Source of the DNA: Gemmatimonas sp.
Lineage (GTDB): Bacteria > Gemmatimonadota > Gemmatimonadetes > Gemmatimonadales > Gemmatimonadaceae
Length of the DNA stretch: 64,000 nucleotides
Reading direction: 5' to 3'
Assembly (NCBI GenBank): GCA_965279375.1
Contig: OZ257156.1
Location: forward strand, 736,001 to 800,000
The notes beneath the pieces are model-generated. The model had not been told where the DNA came from. It did not search any database and saw nothing but the letters and a program-made list of their open reading frames with translations. Of this stretch, positions 9,772 to 19,482 are shown piece after piece. Position 1 is the first letter of the stretch. Each line of letters starts with the position of its first letter. The position numbers and the translations under genes were made by a program.

Positions 9772-9996
9772 GAGTGTCGAAAGGAAGAGGCTGGTTGAGT
9801 TTTGTTTGCATTTTGCAACGAAACGCGCTCAAACATGCGGAGCCGTCATGTAGCGCTCGCGCAACTGGTGCGCTGAATCACAATGACATGTAAATTTGCC
9901 CTCCGTATCGCCTTCCACGAGGGATTGGCGCGCAAGCTCGAGTGGACCGAGCCTGCAATACACCCAGAGTTCTTCGCGTCGGAAAGAGGAGTTGTA

Positions 9997-10818
9997 ATGT
10001 CGCTCTACAACGGTGAGCGCGATGCCGCGCTCGCAAAGCCCGCCAACCCGATCGATCGCTGGAACGATGACGATGCGGCGCAAGCGCACACAACCGCGCT
10101 GAACTTCGCGCCGCCTCGCGTGCTGCCGTCGCCCGGCTTTCCGTCGCTAGGTCTTCCCAACGCCGGTTCGCCGCTTCCTCCGGCGCCGCCCGTATCGACT
10201 CGTCCGACGCCGACTCTGCCGACGCCGACTCTGATCCCTGCGCGCAACGCGGACCTCGCCGCGGCTGGCCTTTCGTCGACCAACAGCAAGATGACGCTCA
10301 CACCTACATCCACGCCGGCTTTCGACGCATCGGCGTCGAGCCCGTCACTGCGTCCGGTGATTTTCATTCTCGCTGGATATCTGGCGCTCTCCGGACTCTA
10401 CGATGCTGTCGGCGTCGTCTCGCCGGGACGCATCAGCAGCACCGCGTGGCGATTCGGTGTGGTCGGCGCTGTCGCACCGACGCTCGTCAAGCCTGTGCTC
10501 GGCCTGTGCCTCGCGTCGTTCGCGCTGCTGTCGATGAACCGGAAGCTGCTGTCGATCGCGATGATCGTGCTGCAGGTGGCGAGCGCGGCCCTGATCGCCG
10601 TGATCATTCCCATGTTCTTGCTCGACGCGCTGCAGGTTCGCCCGGTCCTGCCCGAGAACATGACCGGTCGCCCGTTCGTGATGAACGTTTCCATCGCGGT
10701 CGCATTCCTCGTGGCTGCCATTGTTGTTCAGCTCGCGTGCGCTCGGACGCTCTTCACGGCCATGCGGGCCGCGCAGGCGGAACCGACGTCGGCGTTGCGC
10801 CGCGGCTGGTCAGAATGA
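9997..10818 (+). CDS. Hypothetical membrane protein: Pro-rich N-region + about 4 TM (weakly HpsJ-like)
   Basis: GAGGAG RBS before ATG 9997; WRFG..P.LG..FLLDALQVR hydrophobic half. Confidence 0.65.
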   Translation: MSLYNGERDAALAKPANPIDRWNDDDAAQAHTTALNFAPPRVLPSPGFPSLGLPNAGSPLPPAPPVSTRPTPTLPTPTLIPARNADLAAAGLSSTNSKMTLTPTSTPAFDASASSPSLRPVIFILAGYLALSGLYDAVGVVSPGRISSTAWRFGVVGAVAPTLVKPVLGLCLASFALLSMNRKLLSIAMIVLQVASAALIAVIIPMFLLDALQVRPVLPENMTGRPFVMNVSIAVAFLVAAIVVQLACARTLFTAMRAAQAEPTSALRRGWSE

Positions 10819-11369
10819 TCTCGTCGGACGCGGCCGGCTGGCTCGGACGCATACGCTGGCGCGATGGAAAGCCGTCGCTGATGGGACGACCGCTCACGGT
10901 CGAGTCGCGTGTGCAGGTCTTCGTGAAGGTTCCGGGCGGCTCGATCAACGACGCGCAGGGTGAAGGGCTGTGGCTCGACGCAGAGGTCGTGGACGTACGT
11001 GACCCGAGCATCGAACTCCGAACGTCATTTGCGCGCTTTCGCGCCGAGGATTCGTTGGCCTGTCGGTGGCCGCCCGACGCGCCGCCGCTGACGCGTCGAG
11101 AGCTCGAAATCACGTTTGCCGATAGTGTGGCAGACGTGTCGACGGCAATGCTGACGCTCGTCGAACAGTTCAAGATCGATCCGCGACTTCGCAAATCGCC
11201 GCTGGAGCCGCTGCTTGGCTACGCGGGCTCGATACGGGAATGCTCCCGCAGAATCGTGGATGTCGCAGCGCTGATGGAAGGGGTCGCACAAGAGCTGTCG
11301 GATCCAGGCGACCGGTCAAAGCTGGTCGTGGGGCAGGCGCGGCCTGACCTCGCAGCGCGGCGTCGGTAG
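10815..11369 (+). CDS. Hypothetical protein
   Basis: ATGA overlap with upstream stop; protein-like composition, 184 aa. Confidence 0.6.
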   Translation: MISSDAAGWLGRIRWRDGKPSLMGRPLTVESRVQVFVKVPGGSINDAQGEGLWLDAEVVDVRDPSIELRTSFARFRAEDSLACRWPPDAPPLTRRELEITFADSVADVSTAMLTLVEQFKIDPRLRKSPLEPLLGYAGSIRECSRRIVDVAALMEGVAQELSDPGDRSKLVVGQARPDLAARRR

Positions 11370-11417
11370 AGCGCGCCGGCTCTTCCGTCGCCGGCGCCCC
11401 TGCCCTATCGTGGACAG

Positions 11418-11888
11418 GTGACCCGAACCGCACGCCGCCCTGCGACATGGTATCGCCTGCTGATCTCCCTGTGGGGGGTCTGGTTCGCGACCGTGCTGAC
11501 GGAACCGGCGGGGCTGATGGCCTGCCCACAGCACTCCGGGCACGGTGCACAGCACGCCGCGGCACCCTCGCACGTCGCGACGCATGCGGCGCACCAGCAG
11601 AACGCACCCGCCGCCGGCCATGCCAGCGCGCACGGTTCCGCCGGCCACGATGCACACGCCACACGCGTCGCCGACGAACAGCCGCAGAACACCGGTGGCA
11701 ATCAGTGCTGCACGTGCCTTGGTCAGTGCTGCGCGGCGGCCCCAGCGGCGGCCGTCGACGCCACACCGACATTCGCCGTTGGCCTCGTGCGCACCGTCGT
11801 GCCGTTCGCCTCGGTGCACACGGCGACGCACACTCCGCGGCGCGCGTATGCGCTGCCCTTCGCTAACGGTCCGCCCGCGCGCGTCTGA
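11418..11888 (+). CDS. His/Cys-rich DUF2946-like leader protein
   Basis: N-terminal hydrophobic helix, CPQH, His-rich linker, CCTCLGQCC, ends LPFANGPPARV; upstream of a TonB-dependent receptor. Confidence 0.7.
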   Translation: MTRTARRPATWYRLLISLWGVWFATVLTEPAGLMACPQHSGHGAQHAAAPSHVATHAAHQQNAPAAGHASAHGSAGHDAHATRVADEQPQNTGGNQCCTCLGQCCAAAPAAAVDATPTFAVGLVRTVVPFASVHTATHTPRRAYALPFANGPPARV

Positions 11889-12229
11889 CCGTTCCGCGCG
11901 ATCCGTCACGCAGCAGTTGTCAGGCACGTTGTTCCCGTAAGCGGTCACGCTGACGGCAACGACGCCGACACTGCGTTCAGGAAACGTCGCGACGCTCGCA
12001 CCTGCATCTCCTCGCTGCGCTGACAGCGACCGCCATCTCGTGGCGCGTCGTGCGCGCGTCGACATCGCAGACATCAACCGACCACTGCACCACTCCGCAG
12101 AGACATCCTCTGACGCCTCCACGCGCCGGCCATCGCCGCGCGTGATGGGCGTTGGCGTGATGACGTGCTGGCGACCCACTCGCTCATGGGTCGCGCACGA
12201 CTCGCGGCAACTCCTACCAGTTCGCCGAC

Positions 12230-14617
12230 ATGACCTCGCTTTCGCACTTTCGCGTACCGCAGCTGCGCTCACCGCAGCTGCGCTCACCGCAGCTGCGCTC
12301 ACCGCAGCTGCGCTCGCCGCAGCTACGGGTGCCGCTCCTCCTCCTCGGCTTGCCGCTGTTCGCGGCCACGGCCCTTGCACAGACACCGCCCGTCAAGGAC
12401 AGCACCGCAAGAGACTCCGCCGCCACTATCGGCGGTCTCAAGATCACCGCCGAACGCGACACTCGACCAGCGCTCACCAAGCTCACGCTGCCCGTGTCGG
12501 CGAGCATCACCGCCAAGCGCGTCGAGGAGACGATCAACCTCGTCGACAGCGAGGACGCAGTGAAGTACCTGCCGAGTGTGTTTCTGCGGAAGCGCAACAA
12601 CGGCGACACGCAGGCGGTAATGGGTACACGTGTGTGGGGTGTCAGTTCGAGCGCGCGCAGCCTGATCTTTGCGGATGGCGTGCCACTGTCGGCGTTGATC
12701 GCCAACAACAACAACATCGGCGGACCGCGCTGGGGACTCGTTGCGCCGGAAGAGATCGAACGCATCGACATGATGTACGGTCCGTTCTCGGCCGCGTACC
12801 CGGGCAATTCGATGGGCGCGGTCATGGAGATCACCACGCGCATGCCGGAGAAGTTCGAAGGGAGCATCGTGCAGACGCAGGCCGTGCAGGCGTTCAACCT
12901 GTACGACACCAAGCGCAGCTACGGCACGGCGCAGACCTCAGCGCGTCTCGCGAATCGCTTTGGCAAGTTCTCGTTCTCGGCGACCGGCAACTACCAGAAC
13001 AGCCACAGCCAGCCGTTGACATACGTGACGAGCGGTTCGTTCCCGGCGGGGACTACCGGCGGTATTCCGGCCACCAACAAGCTCAATGGCGCGGCCAATG
13101 TGCTCGGCGCGACCGGTCTGCTGCACACGCAGATGACCAACGCCAAGCTCAAGATCGCGTACGACATCACGCCGTCGCTGCGTGCGGCGTACACGTATGG
13201 CTACTGGCAGAACGACGCGGACGCTGGCGTGGAGTCGTACATCGCACGCAGCGGCCAGCCGACGTACGCGGGACAGGCGGGCTTTGCGAGCGGAAACTAC
13301 GGCCTGCTGCAGGAGCACTCGGCGCAGAGCCTGTCGTTGCGCAGCGACAATAGTCGCGCAACCAAGCGTGACTGGGATTTTGAAGCAGTGGCGACGTCGT
13401 ACAGCATGGACACCGATCGTCAGCGTTCGCCAACCACGGCGCTGGCGACGGGCACGAGCTTTGGCCAGGCCGGTCGCGTGGCTGTGCTTTCGGGTACGGG
13501 CTGGCAGACGCTCGATCTCAAGGGCGCGTGGCATGCCGGCGGCATCGACGCCACGCACACGGTGAGTGCCGGGATCCACTACGATCGCTATGCGCTGGTG
13601 AATCCGACGTACACGACGCCCGACTGGACGACGGGCGCGACGTACTCCGGAGTGGCGACGGAAGGGAATGGGAAGACTCGCACGTCGGCGCTCTGGGTGC
13701 AGGACGCGTGGCGCATCTCGCCGGCGTTTCGCCTGACGGTGGGTGGTCGGTATGAGCAGTGGCGCGCCTTCGACGGCTACAACGTGAACGGCAACACCAA
13801 GGTGACGCAGAAGACTGTCGACGCGGATCGCTTCTCGCCCAAGGCGACGCTGGCGTGGACGGCGTCGCCGGAGTGGACGATCACGGGCTCGGTGGGCAAG
13901 GCGTATCGCTTTGCGACGGCCGCCGAGTTGTATCAGCTGGTCTCGACGGGGGTGACGTTCACGTCGCCGGATCCGAATCTCAAGCCGGACAATGTGCTGG
14001 CGAGTGAATTGCGCATAGAGCGGGCGTTCCCGCGTGGGCGTGCGCAGCTGGCGTTGTTCAACGACGACGTGCACGACGCGATCATCTCGCAGTTCAAGCC
14101 GCTGCTGCCGGGATCGAACACCTTCTTCTCGTACATCTCCAACGTGGACCATGTGCGTGCACGAGGTGCGGAGCTGGTATTGTCGGAGACTGGCGCGCTG
14201 GTGAGCAACCTCGAGCTCTCGGGGAGCGTGACGTATCTGAATGCGCGTACGCTCGCGCTGTCGGGCCGTGCGAGTGCGACCGCGCCGACTGGTGCGGCCG
14301 TGGGCAAGCGGTTGCCGAACATTCCGGATTGGCGTGCGAACTTCGTGGCGACGTATCGGCCGGTGTCGCGTGTGGCCGTGTCGCTGGCGGGGCGTTACAG
14401 CGGTGCGTTGTGGACGACGCTCGACAATGCCGATGTGAACCCGAACGTGTATCAGGGGTTCAGCGGTTGGTTCGTGGCCGATGCGCGCGTGAGTGTGCGC
14501 ATGGGGCAGCATCTGTCGGCGGCGGTGGGCGCGGACAACGTGCTCAACCGCAAGTACTTCCTGTTCCATCCGTTTCCGCATCGAACCTTCTCGACGTCGA
14601 TCAAGGCGGGGTTCTGA
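12230..14617 (+). CDS. TonB-dependent receptor
   Basis: Plug motifs (DAVKYLP, IERIDMMYGPFSAAYPGNSMGAV), beta-barrel strands, GADNVLNRKY, terminal Phe. Confidence 0.95.
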   Translation: MTSLSHFRVPQLRSPQLRSPQLRSPQLRSPQLRVPLLLLGLPLFAATALAQTPPVKDSTARDSAATIGGLKITAERDTRPALTKLTLPVSASITAKRVEETINLVDSEDAVKYLPSVFLRKRNNGDTQAVMGTRVWGVSSSARSLIFADGVPLSALIANNNNIGGPRWGLVAPEEIERIDMMYGPFSAAYPGNSMGAVMEITTRMPEKFEGSIVQTQAVQAFNLYDTKRSYGTAQTSARLANRFGKFSFSATGNYQNSHSQPLTYVTSGSFPAGTTGGIPATNKLNGAANVLGATGLLHTQMTNAKLKIAYDITPSLRAAYTYGYWQNDADAGVESYIARSGQPTYAGQAGFASGNYGLLQEHSAQSLSLRSDNSRATKRDWDFEAVATSYSMDTDRQRSPTTALATGTSFGQAGRVAVLSGTGWQTLDLKGAWHAGGIDATHTVSAGIHYDRYALVNPTYTTPDWTTGATYSGVATEGNGKTRTSALWVQDAWRISPAFRLTVGGRYEQWRAFDGYNVNGNTKVTQKTVDADRFSPKATLAWTASPEWTITGSVGKAYRFATAAELYQLVSTGVTFTSPDPNLKPDNVLASELRIERAFPRGRAQLALFNDDVHDAIISQFKPLLPGSNTFFSYISNVDHVRARGAELVLSETGALVSNLELSGSVTYLNARTLALSGRASATAPTGAAVGKRLPNIPDWRANFVATYRPVSRVAVSLAGRYSGALWTTLDNADVNPNVYQGFSGWFVADARVSVRMGQHLSAAVGADNVLNRKYFLFHPFPHRTFSTSIKAGF
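12257..12331 (+). repeat. 15-nt tandem repeat CCGCAGCTGCGCTCA (4 near-perfect + 1 degenerate copy)
   Basis: Seen directly; encodes (PQLRS)4 PQLRV in the receptor signal-peptide n-region. Confidence 0.95.
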
Positions 14618-14639
14618 TTTCGTGAGGTTCCTATCCGTG

Positions 14640-15236
14640 ATGCGCGCTGCCGCCGTGTGTGATGCCGTGTGTGATGCCGAGTGTTGCGCCGAAGGGCGCG
14701 GCGATCGGCTTGCGTCGACGCTGGTGCGGCCGCTGTTGTCCACGATCGTGGGCGCGCTGAGTGTGTGTGCACTCGGCGCGTGCGCGAAGGGGACGGAGCT
14801 CAAGGCGCCGGCGATCGGTGCCGCGGCGCCCGCGTACGCGGCGCATGCGCTGAGCGACACCGCCGTCACGTTGGCCGCATTGCGGGGAAAGGTCGTGGTG
14901 CTGAACGTCTGGGCCACGTGGTGCCAGCCGTGTCGGGAGGAGTTGCCGTTGCTGGAGGCCTTGCATCGGCAGCACCCCGACGTGGAGATGGTGGGTGTCA
15001 GCGTGGATGCCGCGGGGATGGGCATGGACGTGCAGGACTTCGCCAAGGAGCACGATCTCACCTACACGATCTGGCTCGATCCTGATCGGGAGTTCTCGCT
15101 CAAGTTCCTCTCGGTGGGTGTGCCGGAGACGTTCGTCATCGATCGCCTGGGTGTGATTCGGTGGCGTCATATCGGTGCGCTGGCGCGGAACGACACGACG
15201 CTGGCCGGCGCGGTGCAGCGCGCGCTTGGCGAGTGA
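14640..15236 (+). CDS. TlpA/ResA-like thiol-disulfide reductase lipoprotein
   Basis: LNVWATWCQPCREELP, GVPETFVIDRLG; lipobox LGAC; start 14637 or 14640 uncertain. Confidence 0.88.
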   Translation: MRAAAVCDAVCDAECCAEGRGDRLASTLVRPLLSTIVGALSVCALGACAKGTELKAPAIGAAAPAYAAHALSDTAVTLAALRGKVVVLNVWATWCQPCREELPLLEALHRQHPDVEMVGVSVDAAGMGMDVQDFAKEHDLTYTIWLDPDREFSLKFLSVGVPETFVIDRLGVIRWRHIGALARNDTTLAGAVQRALGE

Positions 15237-15353
15237 GTCGTTGCGTTCCGCTGCCGTCCAACACTGCTGTCTAGCGCCTTTTTCCGGCGTTGCTGCTGCA
15301 AACCGCTGCATAGCGCCGCCGTCATTCCTTCGATCTCCCTCTGAGGTCTCCGC

Positions 15354-16649
15354 ATGCTTCGAACCATGAAGTTCCTCCCCACCGTCGCGGCCAGCGCCGC
15401 CTTACTCACAGGCGCAGCGCTCTCGACGGCAGCCACCGCACACGCGCAGAGCCGCCCCATCGTCCTCGCCGTCGAAGGCCGTGCCAGCGCCAACCCCACC
15501 GTCGCCAGCAACGGCGCCTTCGTGGCCGTGGCGTTTTCGGCGGCGTCCGCCAGCAGCATGGACATCTACGTCGCCGTCAGCGCTGACGGCGGTACGACCT
15601 TTGGCGCGCCTACTCAGGTGAACGCCGTCGCAGGTGAGGCGCGCGTGAGCGGCGAGGAACCGCCACGCATCGCACTCGTGCCCCGTCGTAACGCACCGCC
15701 GGAAATCGTCGTCGTCTGGACGGCAAAGGCGGGACCGACCTGGAAGCTGTTGCGCGCGCGTTCGCTCGACGGCGGCAAGAGCTTCGGCAAGACGGAAGCG
15801 GTGCCGGGTAGCGAAGGCGACGGCTCACGCGGCTGGGAATCGATGGCGGTGGACGGCAGCGGCAAGGTGAGTGTGCTGTGGCTCGACCACCGCGATCTCG
15901 TCGCCGCCGACGCCAAGATGAAGCACGACATGGGGCCCAATGCAGCGCCGATGCCCAAGGCCGATCCCACGGAGCGCGCAGGGCTCTCGCAACTGTTCTT
16001 CGCCTCGCTCGATGGCAACAAGGCGACGCCGATCACGCGCAGCGTCTGCTACGGCTGCAAGACGTCGCTCGTCGCCTCGGGCAAGAACCTCTATGCCGTG
16101 TGGCGCCACGTGTATCCGGGCGGCTTCCGCGACATGGCCTTCACCGCCTCACGTGACGGCGGCAAGACCTTCAGCACGCCAGTGCGCGTAAGCGAAGACC
16201 ACTGGCAGATCGATGGCTGCCCGGACAACGGTCCTGCCATTGGCGTGGATGCGCGTCAGCGCGCGCATGTCGTCTGGCCCACCTCGCAGGACGGCAAGAA
16301 CAACGGAGCGTTAGGCATCTTCTACGCAATCTCCAACGACGGCAAGGCGTTCGCTCCGCGCGTGCAGGTGCCGTCGCGTGGCCCCGCGTCGCACCCACAG
16401 ATCGTCGTCAACGCTGACGGCTCATCCGTCATCGTGTGGGATGAGATTGTCGACGGCACGCGCCGTTTAGGCATCACCAAGGCACGCACTGACGCCGCGG
16501 GCAAGGTCACTTTTGTACCCACTGCAGCGCCGGACGCCGGTCCGGGGCAGTGGTATCCGGCAATTGCGTCTACGGCGAATGGCGCGGTCGTGACGTGGGT
16601 GCGGCAGCAGGAAAAGGGGAGCGTGGTCGCGGTGAGCGTGGTGCGTTAG
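15354..16649 (+). CDS. Secreted BNR/sialidase-like beta-propeller protein
   Basis: Signal peptide; Asp-boxes SADGGTTF, SLDGGKSF, SRDGGKTF, SNDGKAF; VCYGCKT and WQIDGCPDNGP. Confidence 0.85.
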   Translation: MLRTMKFLPTVAASAALLTGAALSTAATAHAQSRPIVLAVEGRASANPTVASNGAFVAVAFSAASASSMDIYVAVSADGGTTFGAPTQVNAVAGEARVSGEEPPRIALVPRRNAPPEIVVVWTAKAGPTWKLLRARSLDGGKSFGKTEAVPGSEGDGSRGWESMAVDGSGKVSVLWLDHRDLVAADAKMKHDMGPNAAPMPKADPTERAGLSQLFFASLDGNKATPITRSVCYGCKTSLVASGKNLYAVWRHVYPGGFRDMAFTASRDGGKTFSTPVRVSEDHWQIDGCPDNGPAIGVDARQRAHVVWPTSQDGKNNGALGIFYAISNDGKAFAPRVQVPSRGPASHPQIVVNADGSSVIVWDEIVDGTRRLGITKARTDAAGKVTFVPTAAPDAGPGQWYPAIASTANGAVVTWVRQQEKGSVVAVSVVR

Positions 16650-16670
16650 CGCTGCGGCGCTGACGCTCGA

Positions 16671-18725
16671 TCAGAACGCGCCGGCGACCAGACGCTTCCG
16701 CGACGCGAGCCCGCGCCCCGTCGGCGTGGTGCGTCGCGCTGCCGGAGCCCAGATCTCAGGCGACGACACCGTGACGCCGGCATACACGTCGCGTTCCGTC
16801 AGGTCGAACTGCCCGACCATCTGGTTCAGCGACTCGGCCTGACTGGTGAGTTCCTGCGCTGCGGCCGCGGACTGCTCCGCGTTCGCCGCCGCAGACTGCG
16901 TCACGGAGTTCATCTGGTCCGTGCCGGCGACAATCTGCGCGATGCTTTCAGCCTGCTGTCTGCTGCTGGCGGTGATCGCTTCCATCGCGGTCGACACCTT
17001 GCCGACGGTGCTCGTAATCTCGGACAGGCGCAACCGTGTCGCTTCCTTGAGTTCCACGCCACGCTTTGTCGCCGTGAGCGAGCGTTCGATGACATCCGCA
17101 GAACGGCGCGCTTCCTCGGCGCTGCGCTGCGCCAGCGAACGGACTTCATCGGCGACAACGGCAAAGCCACGTCCTGCGTCGCCGGCCCGTGCAGCTTCCA
17201 CGGCAGCGTTGAGCGCGAGCAGGTTGGTTTGGAAGGCGATTTCGTCGATGGTGCGCATGATGCGCGCGGTCTCGCCCACCGAGACGTGGATGGCGTCGAT
17301 GGCCTCATCGAGACGCTGCATCTGCTGGACGCCGTCGTCGGCGGAGGCACGCGCGGCGTCCGACAGACCGCGTACGACTTCGGCTTCGGTCGCCGTCTGC
17401 CGAGAGACGGCGTCGAGTTCCTGAAGGCTGGCGTTGATTTCCTCGAGGGCGCTGGCCTGCTCACTCGATCCTTCCGCCATCGCCTGGCTGCTGGCGGCGA
17501 TCTGGTCGGCCGCGCTGGTGACCTCGGTGGACGCGACACTGACTTCGCGCAACGCCGAGTCGAGCTGGTCGAGCGTGGTGTTGAGGGCAGTGGTGAGGCG
17601 CGAATGGTCGCCTTCGTAGACGCCGATCACTCGCACGCGCAGGTCGCGCTGCGCGACGCGGTCGAGCACCGAGGTGGCCTCGACGATGGGAGCCAGCGTC
17701 TCCTCGAGCATGGTATTCACGCCGCGCACGAGTTCAGCGTACGCCCCCTCGAACTTGGCAGCATCGGCGCGCACCGACAACTTGCCGCGGCGACCGGCCT
17801 CGATCAGCACATGGAACTGCGCGTCCAACTGACGCAGGGTGTCGGCAGTGCGATTGATGCTGCGCGCGAGAATGTCTGAGTCCGACCGCGGCGTCAGGTT
17901 GCGCGACAGATCGCCGCGACTGAGCGCCTCGGCGGCTGTGGCTGTGTCCTGCGCAAAAGCGGTGACAGCGCGGAACGAGTCGGCGAGGCTGCCGATCTCG
18001 TCGCTCGACTGGTGGGTGACCTGCTGCGAGAAATCGCCGATCGCCATGGCCTTCGCCGTCTCGGCGAGCTCGGCGATCGGCCGGCGAATGGCGCGGATGA
18101 TGAGCAACGAAGAGATCGCAAGGGCCAGCACGGCGATCAGGCAGAGCACGGCCAACTTCACCTTCGCGCTGTACGCCACGGATTGTGCCGCGTCGCTGAC
18201 GGCCCGCGAGCTGACCGCGACCTGATCGGCAACGCTATCCTGCACCACTTCCAGGCGGCGAAAGGTGGATTCGAGGTCGGCATTCAGTGCCTGCACGTCC
18301 GACGCGTGGCTTTCCGCGCCACGCGTTGCCGCCGCCGCAACTGCGACATACGACACGACGATCGGACGCATCCGCTCGATCATCGCCTTCACCGTGGAGT
18401 CTTCCGACAGCGCGCCGACCGTATCCACGTCGGCCAACATCGTGACCCCATTTTCCTCCGACTCCGCGACCAGCGCCTTCGCTTCGTCCATCCGTCCTTC
18501 CTGCACGGCGATGCGCGCGATCGAAGAGATCCCGCGCAGGTTGTCGTGCATCATGTCCGCATGCATCTGATGTCGCTGGATGGCGACGGCCACATCAAGG
18601 CGACGGGCCGCCGCCGCAGTGTGCGTGACACCGGAATACCCCACAGCGCCCGCGGCGAACGTCGGCAGCAGGCCAATCAAGGCAAGGGCGATGAGCTTCT
18701 TTGAAAGCGTCAGGTGTCGCAGCAT
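16671..18725 (-). CDS. Methyl-accepting chemotaxis protein
   Basis: 2 TM, HAMP domains, [37 protein letters not shown]; alternative start 18755. Confidence 0.95.
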   Translation of the reverse strand: MLRHLTLSKKLIALALIGLLPTFAAGAVGYSGVTHTAAAARRLDVAVAIQRHQMHADMMHDNLRGISSIARIAVQEGRMDEAKALVAESEENGVTMLADVDTVGALSEDSTVKAMIERMRPIVVSYVAVAAAATRGAESHASDVQALNADLESTFRRLEVVQDSVADQVAVSSRAVSDAAQSVAYSAKVKLAVLCLIAVLALAISSLLIIRAIRRPIAELAETAKAMAIGDFSQQVTHQSSDEIGSLADSFRAVTAFAQDTATAAEALSRGDLSRNLTPRSDSDILARSINRTADTLRQLDAQFHVLIEAGRRGKLSVRADAAKFEGAYAELVRGVNTMLEETLAPIVEATSVLDRVAQRDLRVRVIGVYEGDHSRLTTALNTTLDQLDSALREVSVASTEVTSAADQIAASSQAMAEGSSEQASALEEINASLQELDAVSRQTATEAEVVRGLSDAARASADDGVQQMQRLDEAIDAIHVSVGETARIMRTIDEIAFQTNLLALNAAVEAARAGDAGRGFAVVADEVRSLAQRSAEEARRSADVIERSLTATKRGVELKEATRLRLSEITSTVGKVSTAMEAITASSRQQAESIAQIVAGTDQMNSVTQSAAANAEQSAAAAQELTSQAESLNQMVGQFDLTERDVYAGVTVSSPEIWAPAARRTTPTGRGLASRKRLVAGAF

Positions 18726-19019
18726 TCTCACTGGAGTCGAAGGTGGCGCCGACATCGGCAGATAGTTGTTTCGACTCGCTCCGACCAGAGGTTAACGCTC
18801 CGATTTCCCGTCGCGACACGCTCCATGCCCGCGGCGAAACAGGGGTCACGAAGTACGTCGAGATTTCGTCACGTGAGCGGCCAGATCGTCACGGAAAGCG
18901 GATGGACGACCGGGGGTCGCAGCAGAATATGTGCATGTAACTATTTTGGAAGACGCTCAAGTTCGGCGACCGCGAAGTCGAAGAAACGCTTTCGGTTGAC
19001 TCCTGACTCCCATTGATCG

Positions 19020-19457
19020 ATGCACACATCCGCGACAGACGCGAGCAAGTCAGCGCTGTTGGCGTCGCTGCGTCATGACACGTACCTCATGCTGCGACCG
19101 TCACCCATCGATGGCGTGGGGGTGTTCGCGGTGCGTGACATCCCGAAGGGGTGTCGGGACATGTTCAGCGCGCCGGATCCATCGGAGCAGTGGATCAGCG
19201 TCAGCCACGACGAAGTCGCGCTGCTGCCCGAACACGCGCGTGCGTTGGTGGAGAACTACTGCCTGTTCGACGAGACGCACTTCTTCGTGCCCGCGCGCGG
19301 CTTCAAGCAGATGGACTTGGTCTGTTATCTCAATCACGGCGACGAGCCGAATGTCGTGTCGATCGACGACGGCGAGGCGTTCGAGGCGCTGCGCGATATC
19401 CGCGCTGGCGAGGAGCTGCTGGTGGACTACGGCGAGATCGTCGACAGCACGGAATAG
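19020..19457 (+). CDS. SET domain protein
   Basis: SPIDGVGVFAVRDIPKG, YLNHGDEPN, ALRDIRAGEELLVDY. Confidence 0.9.
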   Translation: MHTSATDASKSALLASLRHDTYLMLRPSPIDGVGVFAVRDIPKGCRDMFSAPDPSEQWISVSHDEVALLPEHARALVENYCLFDETHFFVPARGFKQMDLVCYLNHGDEPNVVSIDDGEAFEALRDIRAGEELLVDYGEIVDSTE

Positions 19458-19482
19458 CGGACGACTGCGACCGCGGGTCTCC

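Noticed and set aside
12257..12331. Possible CRISPR array
   Set aside because: 15-nt head-to-tail repeats with no spacers and no cas genes; coding VNTR
12938..15061. 707-aa minus-strand ORF
   Set aside because: Antisense shadow of the TonB receptor and TlpA; Arg/His-rich with no motifs, typical of high-GC DNA
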